DNA of 64,000 nucleotides, from assembly GCA_040954595.2 (NCBI GenBank), contig CM082578.2, positions 8,665,519 to 8,729,518 of the forward strand. Direction: 5' to 3'. The translations under genes were made by a program, and so were the position numbers. Within the stretch, counting starts at the first letter, position 1. Each line of letters starts with the position of its first letter. Shown here piece by piece: positions 12,550-27,200 of the stretch. The DNA comes from Balanoglossus misakiensis (Eukaryota > Animalia > Hemichordata). Under the pieces are notes generated by a model. It searched no databases. It had not been told where the DNA came from and saw only the letters and a list, made by a program, of their open reading frames with translations.

Positions 12550-15227
12550 TTAAGCTAACCCAAATCCTTCTGTGCATTCGTAGAAAGCCAAGAGCAACAT
12601 GTGTCTCAGTTTGTCGTAGGTCTCATAGGCAGGCAGATCCAGTTGGTTGAAGCTGTGGGGCAGAAAAAAAGAAGAGGTAAGATTCAGAATAGCTTTGATA
12701 GCTTTGATGAATAATAATGTTCCGTAGAGAGTTGATCCAACTGTAACTATCGAGGTCTTGGGGGGGGGGGGGAAGAACAGTTGAACAGCTTGTTTGTTTT
12801 TTCATTTCCTGACCTTTGCACCCTGATGACCTATGACATTATTCCTAGTAGAGTTCAAAAGGTCAAACTACAGGGGGTACACATACGCACGGCCAAAAGA
12901 CAAACACAGAGATACACGTGCTGCCGTAAAATATTTCCCAAGCACACAAAAGCATCTGCTATGGTTGTGACAAACGGACCTGAAGTAATGGAATAAGGAA
13001 CTTACCAAGTGTGTGCAACTGGCAACCTGTCGGTTGATCTATCATCTCTGTGTATCTGGAATTTCTGTGGGCCATTCATGCCTTCCAGTGTAGCAAATCC
13101 TTGCAGTGGTACTTTGGAAGTACCAGTAACAAACTGCAAGAACTTGGCCCTCTCAGCCTGGTCGAATGAACGAAGAGCTCTCCAGAACCATTGAATCTAA
13201 AACACGAGATGTAAAAAAAATATTAGGCTGGTGTTCTGAGTGATGTATGTACTAGTATAAATTCAATCACAACAGCTTCATGTACTATGGAAGCTACTTA
13301 TAAGCTGTTGAGATATGAATTCTTTGCCTGTGTCCCTCAGCTCAAAAAGTATCCAAAAATATTCAAAACATGATTTTTTGAACCAAACTGAAGTGAGACA
13401 CACACCTGTAGGGAGTTGATCTGATACTTGTGATACTCTGTGTTATTCTTCAAGTCATCGATGTCGATGTTTGGAAGTCCTGAGATGAGCAACTCCAGTT
13501 CCTGTTCATTAAAGATTCCAATCAGTCTCTTTGGTATGATATCGTAGAAACCTTCGAGGAAGCTGTCGATCTGTTTGCGGATCGCCCCCGTCATCTTCAT
13601 CTGACACACCAGATTGACATACTCTAGCTTGTTGTCCCTGGTAACCACGACGTTCCTTCCGTTCGGTTTCAAGTCCCTCGCTTCCGTGACACCAAATTCT
13701 TCAATCTACATCAGGACACCAGAGAAATGTTAATATCATGAAAATATTAAAGGGACACATATGTCAGATTATCATCTTTAATCTCAGACATTTCCTAGGT
13801 CGCATATTTTGACAGATACATCTACTGATGTAGATATGTTTTGTGACAGCCGGGCTTGACAAAAAATACACTAACGATCACAGTATTTAGGCCCTGATGC
13901 AATGTTATGTATATGTCACAGAACTGAACCTTGTTTGTATGAGTTCAACAGCAACAACATTAACAACTAAAAGACTGCAGAAATGTGTAAACTGTTGCTT
14001 ACCTCTGTACTGAAAGTCAACTCGTATCCCAGATCTGAGACATCGTGCTCGAGCAGAAACACCAAACCTTGGTAGAAAGCATAGTCCTCACTTTCCATGT
14101 CTGTGTACCTGTGACACAAATGGAGTAGATCAATGGTACATGTATGCATATAATTGAGGGGACTCGTATTCCATACAAGTCTGTGGTCAAGTTTTTCATG
14201 GGTCAGAATATTAGTGATTCTGAGATGATATGAAGACTACCTTAAAGGGACAAAGTCTCTCTCTCGCTACCCATGGTGGTGGAAGGGTTAACATGAGTAC
14301 AATCCTATGAGCCACACTTGTGAGCCCTGAGGTTGTCTTTGCACTAATGCCCAATTCAAAGACACACACTTACTTGACTAATTTCCCCAAGATGTGTTTG
14401 TAGAAAGACCTCGAGAAGTAACACTCCAGAAGTTTGTTGTCGAAGATGGCTTTGGCAATGACTCTGCCCACAAACTTGAAGTAGCTGAGATGGTTGGGAT
14501 TGCAGTGGGAGGCTGGGTTCGGAATGTAGGTAACTCGATCGCCTGGTGACAACTTGAATAAGGCATACATTGGATTGAAGATTTCCCTAAAAGGGAGGAA
14601 TAAAATTTAAACAGATATAAAACCCTAGGTAATACAGTAGGGGAAAAAGCAACAGGCAACTATTATTATTTATCAAATATATCACTTAAAAGCATGCAGT
14701 AGTAATCTATGGTGTGCTATCATGTGTGACATGGCACCCATGTCGCTCCACAGCTAGTGGATAAATTGTAACAAACCAGTATACAGAATTACAATACAAA
14801 ATAGTAAATCAAATGAAAATGCTAATACATTTGAGAGAATTCGTGTTGAAGGGTCTTGTGGAGTTTGGAGAATGGTCTATTCAGAAACTGTACCTTGAAA
14901 TGATGAGATACCACTCTCTCAGCAGACCGCCAGCATCTTGGCCTTCTTCTCCTTCGTACACAATGTAGAATCTGTTCTTCCACTCGTCGGCTGAACGTCG
15001 GTGCAACTCTCGGAAGGAGTCTTCGAAGACGTTCTCTCTCTTGATGTGAACGGCCAGGTCTTCTCTCCTCATGCCTTCATCCATGCGCTCCAGCTCCTGT
15101 CGGAAGTACCGCCTCTTGACGTCAAAGTCGAGGACACGCGTGTAGTCCACCAGGACGGAGAACGGACCCTCTCCCAGCGGAGTGGATGATTGTCGCAGGA
15201 TCTGGTTCAACACAACCCGGTGAGTTT
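12550..15227 (-). other. HUWE1: HUWE1 HECT domain exons (approximately 15227-14894, 14587-14374, 14108-14002, 13705-13405, 13196-13006, 12653-12550)
   Basis: [45 protein letters not shown]; the catalytic Cys codon is split TG|C by the last intron. Confidence 0.95.
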
Positions 15228-18200
15228 CTGTAAAAAAAAACAATCAATTTAGAGGTCTGTCACTTCAGGGCAGTCAAAGATCAGAGTGTGCACTGATGAT
15301 GATGATGATGATCAGAATACATAGGTGCTGCACATTTTTACATGAACAAATCTCATATACATTGTTACACACTTCGTCGCAATCACACGAAATGCAAAGA
15401 ACTGTACCCTTTAGGGCCCAGGTATCTGGTAAACATACCAAAACTTACCCTTACATATATAGGGTTTATGGCCGAGAGGGTTAAGCAACATATTTGATAC
15501 CCTGTCTGTGGAATTTTTTTTTTATTTTCAAACTTTCTTGCACGTACCTGCAAACTGAAGGAACTTTTGGGTGTCGTGGGGTAGATTAGGTGCTATCACA
15601 CTGGCAGAGCTGTCTCTTGAGAAAGGACTGGGTGGAGCCCCGGATATTCCGGGCGTTGCCGGCGCCGGCGACAGAGGTGCGCTTTCCAGGGAAGACACAC
15701 TGAGAGAGGAATCTCTATTCATGTGTCTCTGCAATTCAGCCGATTTCGAAGAGCCCTTGTCGGTCGAGTGGACCAGGAAGAAGGCCTCCACCGCAGTTTG
15801 AAGAACAAGCACGGCGTGATGGTCAGCCGATTCTCGGAGTTCTAGAAGACACTCGCTCAGGGTGTCCCACAGCTCGTCCAGACCAAGTTCGGAACTCAGG
15901 CGAGGCATGCTTTCCTATGTGGTGAAAATATCAAATATTTTAGTATTAAAAAGCACACGATTCCCAGGATAAGACAAGACATACATGTACACAGATACAT
16001 ACATACATACATAATTCATCCATCCATAAATCTGCATCATCATTGACTAAAACATCAGTTTTTGAACACACTGTTTGATAACTTGCCTCTTTTTTCTCCT
16101 CATCTGTCGCATTTTCAGCCGACGTGCCCTCCCCAGCATTGGTGGCTAATTCTTCGACTTCCATGGGTGCTTCACCACTGCTCCCTGCTGCAGACTGGCC
16201 GGCAGGGGCTTCTTGATTGGCACCTTCACTGGCTGTTCCCGCTGCCTCACCTGTAGCTTGTTCATTTGATGTTCTCTGTACACTAGCAGCAGTCTGGTGG
16301 AATGCACAGGCAGATTTTAATATTTGAAACAATCCATGGTTTTCAATAAGTTCCTAAGTTTAACCCTTTCACCCCCAGTGCCCTGTTTAGAGTTCCAACC
16401 TTACCATAGAAAACAATGAGTTTGGACTGAACCATGGTGGTGAAAGAGTTAATATTGATCAATTATAATTTCACAATGAGCTTGCAGACACACATTATCT
16501 ACAAAGATACGACAAGAAAACACTACTCACCGCTTCAGGATTCGGCTGTGCTGGGCCACCAGAAGGTATGGATATACTACTTTCACCTATAAAATAATAC
16601 GAGTTAGATTGTTTTGTGAAATAATTCTGATCACACGCAAATACACCTACCTACCACCTACATCTCACTTCAAAATTCACCCCAAATTTAAATGGATTCT
16701 AAGAGCAAAAGTCGTACCTGCTTGACTGACCAACGCTGCCTCAGCTCGCGCATCCTGTTCTCGGGCCTCTCTCTCCCGGGCTTCTCTGTCCTTCGCCTGC
16801 TGCAGCCTGGTCTCCTCCAACTTCTTGGCGTTGCGCAGCTCGATGATGACCTTCAGTATTCGGAGGAAGAAATGCTGACTGGACGTCTTGCTGGTGAAGA
16901 GCGACATGGATGGCAGCCGGAGTTCGTAAGCACCTTTGCGGTTGGTCGGCGCGTTCAGGACCAACTGCTCTCCTCGGTTGAATCTGTCGGTGATATGCCC
17001 GCGGGTGATGCCGCTGGATGTTGACGGTTCATCACTGCCTTCGGATTCACTCTTCTTCTCGATTTCCTTGACGTTGTGCTCTCTGAGATCTTTCAGAAGT
17101 GTTTTGATATCACTGAAAGATTTCGATTGAAAGGTTTTCTTAGAATCAAATCAATGACACAGTTAATAAAAGAATGCATTTCTGTTTCTTTTTTGAATGC
17201 CATGAACGTTAAATTCCACCTGTATATCTTCAAGTTTACCCATATATTTCTCGCTTGTATTCTTGAACTTACAAGCATGTGAAAGTTTTAAAACCTACAG
17301 TAATGATGAAAATTCCTGAATTCAGAATATTTGTGGAGTATAAATGTCAAAACAAGCTCATGAGTAGATGCTCATGATAACCATTGCATCGAAAAACCGG
17401 TTATCAACTTACTTGCATAGAGTAAAGCCCAATGTTCTGGCACCAATAAGTAATAACGCTAATACTGTTTCCCTTGTTGAATCGTGCTTTGATAGCTGAA
17501 GTAGTAAATTGGTGGCGTCTTCTAAACCTTCCTCGGTACATGAATGTGATATCAAAACCTGAAAAAGACCAAATATGGTTACATTTCAATAGCAGCAATT
17601 ACATTCGCACTTTATCCTTTCAAACCATCACGATTTTTGAACAGTTAACCAATGTGGAATAACACAATTTTCTTGATAAGTTGATGCAGTATTTTTTGTC
17701 ATGAAAATTTTCTGATATACAAGATACATGTAGCCCCTTTATGACAAACTTACGTCTACTGCAAGTTGTAAATACTTTTCTGCCACAAGGGGCTCTTTCT
17801 TTTCTTCATCTTCCTTCTTCTCCTTTGATTCCTCTTTCTTATCTTCTGGTTTTGAATCGGGAGTACCTGAATGCATCAAACAGGAATATAGGTTAGGGTC
17901 AGTCAAGAAAGTGGTTCTACTCTGTCACAGATTATCTATACTGATCATCTTGGCTTTGCCAGTTAGGATGCCATTATACAAATGTTGGCTGACTTGACTT
18001 GAACTGTTTGCCAACATAGCTTTTATTGCTGTATTGAGTATTTTCCAGTAATTTACATCAACCAATCAAATAGAAAGACAAAGTAAATTCTGATTAAATT
18101 CAAAAAGACATCCCTTGGGAGGAAATTAGCAAATGTGCTGAAGTAAATTACCTTGTGCCTCCATCGATTCGACAGAACTTGTACCACTTGCCATATCTGC

Positions 18201-21200
18201 ATCGTGAGACTGGCCTGCACTGTTGCCAGATGATTCCGTCTGCCCAGGTGGCAGATCAACCCTCGTTGTACCCTGTATGTTTGGCTGCGTCTCCCGCGTT
18301 ATCGTGGACTCCCTCCCGATGTCCGAAGACATCCTTTCAGCTGCTTTCTTCGAATCGGGCAGTGCTATGGAAATGAGCGAGAGCAGCCGCAACAACCTGT
18401 CTGTGAGCAGCGCACTCCGCTTCACCACCGGGTGGGACAGGTGGATCATTAGGTTGCCGAGCGGGGCCTCCGTGTTCTGGTCGAGATTCTCTCTGTCCAT
18501 GGCACTGTTCAAATGCGACTTCAGCGTTCCTTTGCCCTTCTTGCCTATGCTGGTGTTGTCCAGCCTGACGAGAAGCTCCCAGAAATCCGATTCTTGCTTC
18601 GACGCCACTTTGGTGCCGCTGGCCGACGACTGTACGCTGGTCTGGCTGGACGTTTTCCCCACCTTGGGGCTGCCTTCTGCCTTGTCCTCGCTCGAGCACC
18701 CGTGACTCTCCTTGGCTCTCGCCGGCACAAACTGACTGGGGAAAATTTTGGCTAGTGAAATGAGCGTGTCCAACACGTGCCTGCACACCACGGGGGCTGC
18801 CTGAGGGTGGATCTGAATCGCAGTGTTAGTTTTGTCGCTCCCCTTCTTGCTGCTCGACGTTCTCTGAACCTGGAAGACGCTGGTACGACAGCCGAGCGCC
18901 GCGTCCATGCTGACCGACAGCCAGGAGGGCTGGCTGGTCTTACAGGGGTCTGTCCTTTGCATAGGTGAAGGTAACACTTCCAACACGTCCCCGGGCTGCG
19001 ACGACTGGCCGGCGCTCGGGTGGTGATAGGTGTGCGGCTTGCAGGTGTCCGTTCTGTCCATGATGCCCAGAAGCGACTGCACGACCCAGGCTCTCGTCGG
19101 AGGGTGGTAGCACAAATTGCGGAGAACGCGGTGCAGCCGAACCGTGTTCAGTTTAGGTTCGTCGACAAAGAGCAACACCAGCAGACACGTCAGCGCTTCG
19201 GCGTCCACCAGCTGTCTTCCTCTGAACTTGGTCACGGCGTTGGCACTCACAGCTGTGCCGTGTGCGTTCCGGCTGACTCCGCCCCACGACCAGGTACTCC
19301 CCCTGGTCTGGGGTATGGATACTCTTGCATAGGTCACACCTCGACCAACCCTGCCTGGGAAGCCTGAAATACAGTGAGGATGGTCAACGTCAACAAGGGG
19401 GGGGGGGGGGGGGGGGGTACTCCCATAAAGGAGCTACATGTGCCACCCAACTAGCTGTATTTAGTGGGTAGTAATTTTGGGTCTCTGGTTTAGTATGTGG
19501 TTGTTTGACTCTATTTCCATTATTTGAATGTCAATATAAAACCTGTATTGTCATTCAACGTGTCATTTTCTATGGTGTGTAGCTAACTGATATAACAGCA
19601 TTTTATAGATAATCTAAATGTGAAGATACGACTCTTCCGCTCACATAGGACAGAACTTTGACTAGTTTTACAATACCTGATCTGAAAAGAGCTGACAAAA
19701 CGCTGTTCTCGTGCAGCAAGCGTTCTTGCGTACGCCTCAGCTGCATCTCTCTTCTCAAGGCCTGCGCTTCAGCAGCGATATCAGGAGGCAGCAATGCCAC
19801 GTTGCTGTCGTCCATATCTTGCAACACGGTCTGCCTCAGCGATGGTGGCAGATTTTGAATGAACAGGGCTGGATCCACAGGTTCTTGCGATGTTGATGAC
19901 CCTTGCTGTGACATCAGACGCTGTTGTTCTGCTCTCTCTTGCTGAAGAACCTAGTCACGGAGATAACGTGTGAAACTGAGCATAGCAACAGCAACAACAA
20001 CAAAACACGCACAACTTATACTCGCAAAACATGTTTGTCCATTCAAAGATCTGTGACCTTGGTGTAATCACAGACAGCAGAATTGTCTAAAACGGCTTGT
20101 CTCAATTTTCTTAGGAATTATGACCAACCCAACGCACTATCAGCTAATTTTTTATATAAACAAAGTAAAAATGCTTCAAACTCATAGACAACTACGGTAG
20201 ATACCTCTTCTTGTATGTGTGGTGGTAATGCAGCCAAGAATTCCGGATTCACTTGACTGAGAGATGGTGTCTCCGCACCAGTTCCCGTAGCCCCACTACC
20301 CGAAGCTCCAGTGTTGACAGCCGTGCTGGTCGCTGTCTGCCTTGGCTGCTGTATTCCCAAGTGTTCCTGCAACACTTCCTGACGAATATTCTCCGGCAGA
20401 GCGGCCAAGAATGACGGATCAACACCTTCTGGTAATTGAATTCCTAGCAAATCAAACAAGACAATTAGTGAAAGCTTCCTATTTAGGATCATTGTGTGGC
20501 CACGGCAACAGTGAATTGGGAAAAAAATGTGGAAAACTAAGTGCATTGATGTGTTTATCACCAAATCTAGCAATTTTTGCGAAAAAAATGAATCACTTCT
20601 TACCATGCAAGATGTCCAATCCACCTCTTCTACTGCTACTTGGTTCATCATTATTTTCATTACTACAAAAGTCAAATGAAATTTGAATAGACATGTCAAA
20701 GTTGGGCAATATCAGTACTCTCTCTTGTTATTATCTAGGAGGTTTATCTCACTAAACGAAGTCACTCTACAACCTGTGGTCGCCCAAACAGCAATCTGGA
20801 GTACACTGTTGCATGAGCTGGTTAGGAAAATTCTACAATTCACAAACTACTAGTAATTGCAGTTACATGTCAATTTTATACTCGGTTAAACAGAAATGCA
20901 CTAAAGCACCATAATTATAAGTGTGGGTATGGAGAAATTTCTTTCAATGGTAACATACATGAAATTCATATTCTGATCACACAAAATATACCAAAATCAG
21001 TAGTGGACTTTTTGTTCTGTCATTACAGCATGGAGTGACCTAGTTTTTCTGACCAGGTAATAACTCTATACTTGAATGAAATGTTGTGACTTCTTCACTT
21101 ACTTGGCAGTGTTTTCACTTCCTGGTGGGCCACCTTGTTCACTAGACACAGCACCTGCTTCTGTCACTGCTTCATTACTCCTCTCAGAGTTTTCTTGATT

Positions 21201-24200
21201 TTGAGCATTTTCTGTTGGAGGAAAAATGGCAACATTTCAAAATTGTGCAAAGGCAATACTGCAAGTCTAATGATAAATCTGTCGATTTGAAAACAAAGGA
21301 TCCTTAACAGAGAAGCATGTAATCACAGTCACTTTGCTAGAAAGATCATTTTCTGTCTAAAACAGATTTAGTTTTGTTTGTGAGTGTCTAATTGTATTTC
21401 ATATGGGTGTCCGGAGAAGTTTGCAAACAAAGGTATGAACCATTTTTAGACAAATTACAGTGTGGTCAGTACCGTTTTGCACAAATGGTTGGTTATTTTT
21501 TCTACCTGTTGTTGAAACAGTGGATCCTGATGAAGGCGTACTAGTGGATGGGATCTCACTTCCCTCTGATGTCGGCGTTGCTATATCCACAGACTCTCCA
21601 GTCGGAATATGAACAATACTGGGCTCGGCTGTCTGCCCCTCTGCCGAGTTGTTCCCCCTCGGTGAGCTGTCGACGTTCATCGGGATGGGCTCGTTCTGGC
21701 TCACTGTGGCTGGTGGTGCGACTTGGCTGCTGGGTGTAGCTGTCGGCTCAGGGGTGGGAGTCGCCATGACCTGATCCGCTATCCCACTTCTTCCTTGCAC
21801 CGCCGGACTGGCCGTAGCAGACGACGGGAACAAGTCCGATGGTAGTGTTACATCCGATATGGGTGGCAGACGCGAGTATCCCAGCTGCGGTGGGGCTGTT
21901 GGCGGTGGTTCTTCATGCCTGTAGCTGAATATCAAATTCACACCATGAGCAATTTAGCGCATTATTTTAGTGTTGGCAAAGTACATAATTTTATACAGAA
22001 CGATGAAAACAAAAATATCAACAAAATACCAGGATATAAGGTCACTTAGGGGTCATGAAAGTGGCCCTTAGTATAATTTATGGCTTAAATGCGTTACTTT
22101 AGCTGCCAAACTAGCAGACTCACACTGATATAAAAACTGGTTAGCCATCTTACCCCTCTGGCCTTGGCGCATTAGGCGTGATGTTTGGTATCATTTGCAC
22201 ATCACTCGGTGTACTGAACACTTCGGCTGTAACCGTTCTTACAACTGGTCGAGCAGGAGGAGATTCCGGATCACTTATGGCGGCTGCGGTCGCCAAGCGT
22301 GCATCTGCTGGTGGCGGTGTGACGGACGCAGCCGTCGTACTTGTGGTGGTTGTAGATGTTGCTGCGCCCTCTGCAATGGCTGAAGTGCCCATGTGAACTG
22401 CAGCAGCCGCAATGCTCGCAGCCATACTGCTGATTGCTTCTGATGCTGTCACAGACAAAAAGAAAACAATTGAGCATATGTCTAACATGTTGCTTTAACC
22501 TCAGTCACGCACAGAGAGGTTAACAACAAGCTGATAAGATTGGTTTCTGGGTGAAGTTTCCTCCAGAGATTCTATCAATACTATTCTGTTTATAACCTGA
22601 GATTCTACATCAAGTCGTAGGTCACCACTTACCCTGTGCTCCAGTAGTCTTGTCAGAAGTGTCGGCTTCAACCTGTTCGGACACAATCACCGAAAGAATC
22701 TGTATTAACTTATGACATCTTATTGAAGATTTTCAATGTATCAAGTTCAGAAAAACGCACAGGCTTCACACTTTCCCTACATTAAAACTTGACAAACATC
22801 ACAATTAATAATATCCTACCAATTAAACATGTCCCTAAAATGCCCACATACAGCTGAAAAAGTCACTGTATGATTACACAACTGTGTGGTCAGTTGCAAA
22901 TTACACAATACCAGTTCAAACAGAACTCAATGTTTTCTATTTCACCTCCATTGACTCCTTGGATTGTTCAGCCTTGGCCTTTTCCTTCTTTGCCTTCTCC
23001 TCTTCCTTTTTCTTGGCTTCCTCTTCCTGTTCCTTCTTTCGCTTTTCTCTCCTCTCTGCAATTTCTTCATCTCGGTGTTTCTCCAAGAGTTCAAGGATTG
23101 ACTGTTTGAGGACTGACAGACAAAAAAAAACAGACATCACATGAGTAATCTTTATGACGGATTCACTTCATGGCTGGACCTGACAATCACTGTAGTTCTG
23201 AGAGTGATAACAACTGCCTCACGTTCATTAGAATTGACGTCCACATGCCATGTCATCTTTGAAACATGCTTCCACGCACATGAAACGTATACGCATTGTG
23301 TTCGACCCCACCCGCTCTAGATCGCATATCTGAACTAAAAGCTTATCCCCCTTCGTGATCACATAATTGACGGTTTACTGTACTTCGATTCTGAACCTAT
23401 GATGGTAGCACTTATGTTGAAAATATGGTTTTATCAAAATGAGAGATAAACAGTTTGCCGAGTATGCTGACAAGCAGAGATGTTGTGCACCTGTGATTCC
23501 ACACTTTTGACTACCTACGTAACAAAGGAATGTGGGACTGCACCAACCTGCCATGAGGTCATGGACACTGTCCCCATCGAGAACCCTGGACTCCTCAGCC
23601 CACCTACTGAGAGGTGATGGAACGCTTGAAATGTGAGTGTTACTGAACCCCTCGTTGTAGTTGTCATGGAAGAAGTCGTCGAAGAGGTCGTCGTCTGCTC
23701 TCGTCAGAACGCGGAAGTCGTTTTCACCTACAAGCAACCTGGCCTGACCACCACCCATGTTGGTGGAGAGAGTTGAAGTCAACTGTAACACATCTGCTGC
23801 CACAGTTGGTCCCAGTAATCTGAAAGGGAACATCACACCAAGTTAGAATTGAGGGATGAAATCGAAAGTGCAACTTCAATTAGCAATGTAATTATGTTTC
23901 AGAGAGTTGGTTTGTTGGGCCAGTCACAGTGAAAAAAAACTACTAGCTCAGTCATAAAAAAGTTACCAGCCCATGAGCTCATAGCTAGTAGATTTGCTAA
24001 CCCTTGATGATGTAGTAATTATATGCTAAATCTGCATTTACCATAAAGGTATTCATACCTCATAGGATGTCATCCTGTGAGCTAAGCTTGCTGTAGGACA
24101 CTAACTGCACGGCAGCAAAGATGAACGGCATAAAATCTGATTTAAACATTCATCATTTCAGAAAGAACTTACCTCTGTAAGATAGCTGGCGGATTTGGCT

Positions 24201-27200
24201 GTCTGGTACCGGTATGATAGACGTGTATGGCCTGGGCCGCCCTGTGTCTCTGCCTGCTGGCCGTTCTGTGCAGCCTTGAGGAATGGCTGTGGGTGTGCGT
24301 CACATGGTGGGGCTGCTCCGTGTGTCTGATGAGCAGAGGATGGTTCACTGCTACGCCGCCGGGAGCTGGAGGAATGGAGGGGCCTTCATCAAATCAAACA
24401 AAAGAGTGCAACGCAAAATAGGGGAGAAAAACACACACAAGAGAGAGAAGATGCAGATGAGCCACAGTTGTAGCATCACTGATGACAAAAGGTGGATTGG
24501 TAACAGAAAAGTTGTTGACTGCATTGTGATAGACTTTTAAGGAGAGTTCTAATTGTAGTGATTCAAAATGTTCGTGTGTATGAAATGCATCCAGAGTGAC
24601 AATACATGTAATTGCATAAGCATTTACTTTTAACGCTACTGTGTAATAGTTAACTTGGTGTTTCAACATACACAACTTCTTGATTGAGATCATAGAGAGT
24701 AATCTGACTGACTTCCACACACACATAAATGATATCAGGCTTGAGGGTGATTGACAAGAAATTCACAGTGCAAAGCAGAATCTGTTGACACTAACACTAC
24801 TAGAACCAATCAGTTCCTCTTTCTTTTGATGGAAAGTTGACTGCGCCATGACTAATTGACTACTGCATCAAAGAACAAACAGACACTCCTGTGACTTTCA
24901 AATTCAAATTTACTGCGATGACACTTGTAAATAATGCAATAGAGCTAGTGCAAATGCAAAGAGCTAGTGCTAGAGCTAGTGATTGCAACAAGCCTACATA
25001 GAGAACATACCGGCTGGATCATTAGCATTGGCCACGTCATCGTGAACAGAAACTGGTAACTGTAATGTACGGAATGACTCTGGTGCACCAGACAGGAAAT
25101 TACCTTCATCTAGGAAACCAGAATCACCTGGTTGAAGATTAAAACGAGGAAAAGTTACATCAGCACTCAAGTCTGCCCTGTTTGTTTTTATCACAATTTC
25201 TGATTGTAATATGCTGGCGATTGTTTATGTCTTATCATGTGTTTTGACTGTACTGTTATTTTTTTATCCAAACTAATGTTTTCAATGCATCTACAGGTAG
25301 TGTCAACATTTCAGAGTAAGATTTGTTATGTGTACTTGGTGATGTTAGTAATAAATTTATGCAGACTTTGCCAGAATACTACATAAGGTTCAGAGTCTGA
25401 CCAATATCTTGGTATCTAAATCTAAATCAGGGAATTAGTTAGCGATCACTCACGGTGAACATGGATAATAAAATTCAAAACTTTACTGAGTCAGATATAA
25501 AAGACAGGACCGGTCTGTCTCAAAATTAGGAGAGTGTGAAGAAAAAAATGTGGGGTTGGTTGTGATTCCTGCAAATGTGAATTTCTTGTGAGAAGAAGTG
25601 GATATCTTAAAGTCTTTTTCAGTACAAGTAGTCAGCTGGACCTCTCACCTGGCATCATGTCTTCCAGATGAATAAAGAAGTCATCTTCCCGATCATGAAC
25701 TGGTACCCGGACATCGTAGGATTCATCAATGTCCGGATAATCGTCCTCCTCAGCTTCCATATCAGATCCATCCTCATCTTCGTCAGCTTCATCATCATCT
25801 TCATCATCATCCTCATCCTGTCACACAGAGATATTACAAAAAGGAATGAGTAGAACAAATACAAGAACATTCATGTGTGTTCAATGGCTCTTGAATTTTC
25901 ATTAGCAACAGAATCTTAGCACGCTAGACCAGTCTACTGTCTACTGACCTGGTGGTCCTCTTCACTGACTGTGTCATCATCAGACCTGCTGCTATCGCTA
26001 TCTTGATCATGGATACTGTCCACTTCATGCTCATCTACAAGAGAACATTAAAGCAAGGTGAAGATCAACTCTAGCCATTCATTCATTCAAGCAAACAAAT
26101 AATCCCTGGTCTTCTTCTGTACCTTCCTGCTTCAAACAGTGAAAAGATGTTTTATGTTACGATTACAGCAGTGAACACAAATTGTTGCTTCAACTGTCAC
26201 ATTTGAAGCTGACAGATGACAGAACTATATTATTCTGACTGACACCATGTTCAAAGCAACGAACAGCTAACAATAATGCCAATAAAAAGACATGGACACA
26301 GGACGTTCTCCCTGAATGTAAACGTTTTGCTGGATGGTGATGAGTACCTGCATCCTCATCATCTTCAGGACTGTCATGATGACTGGTCATTTCAGCATCA
26401 TTGATGCCGTGATCTTCATCAATCATTCCCTCTCCACCATCCTCATCATGGTGTGCATCTTCATCTTGAGAATCTGTCAAACGACAGGAAAAATTAACCC
26501 AGAACATACATCAATGAGATAAGATGACTCTTTGTGTTGTTGTGATATTTTTTTTTTTTGACAGGATTTCAAACAGAAGTCACTTTCAGTAATTGATTGA
26601 ACAAGAAAGTAGCAAATTCAGATTGGCTCATAGCTGGTTTAATTTTGTTGTACGTAATCACTTTGTATTGCTCTCATCTTATTCTACATATTGGGCTAAT
26701 TTTTCCTGTACTTAAAGACCTACTTCCAACCAAACCTTCAAACACACACATATACACAAACTTACCACGTCACACTGTTCATTTTGGCATTGGGGACAAC
26801 TTGGCCATCATCTCTGGGACAAAATGGAGCCTGCTTCTAAAAGTGTTACTTAAAGGTATACAGTCACCTCTAATTTACATATGTCCACATATGGCTAAAT
26901 TTGTGAACATGTGGTGGTGCCACCCACTGAAAAATCTGCTATTGCCATGGCCAGATATATACATGTACATTCCATGGTAACTTTGGGTGAAAATGCATAG
27001 GCGACCGTATACCTTTAATTGATGACACACTGATGTCCAAGGGAAAGTGATGTTGATATTCCCCTTTACACCCATGCAGTTGCAGTTGAAGCATTAATAC
27101 ATATTGAAGGTGAACAGTGGGTATGGGCCAGTCAATGAAATTAGACCACATGTGTACATGTTGCCAATGACAGCAACCAACATGCATCCGTTACGACTTT

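Noticed and set aside
25388-25460. C/D-like segment with two CTGA boxes on the minus strand
   Set aside because: Box C is non-canonical and no convincing rRNA complementarity was found.
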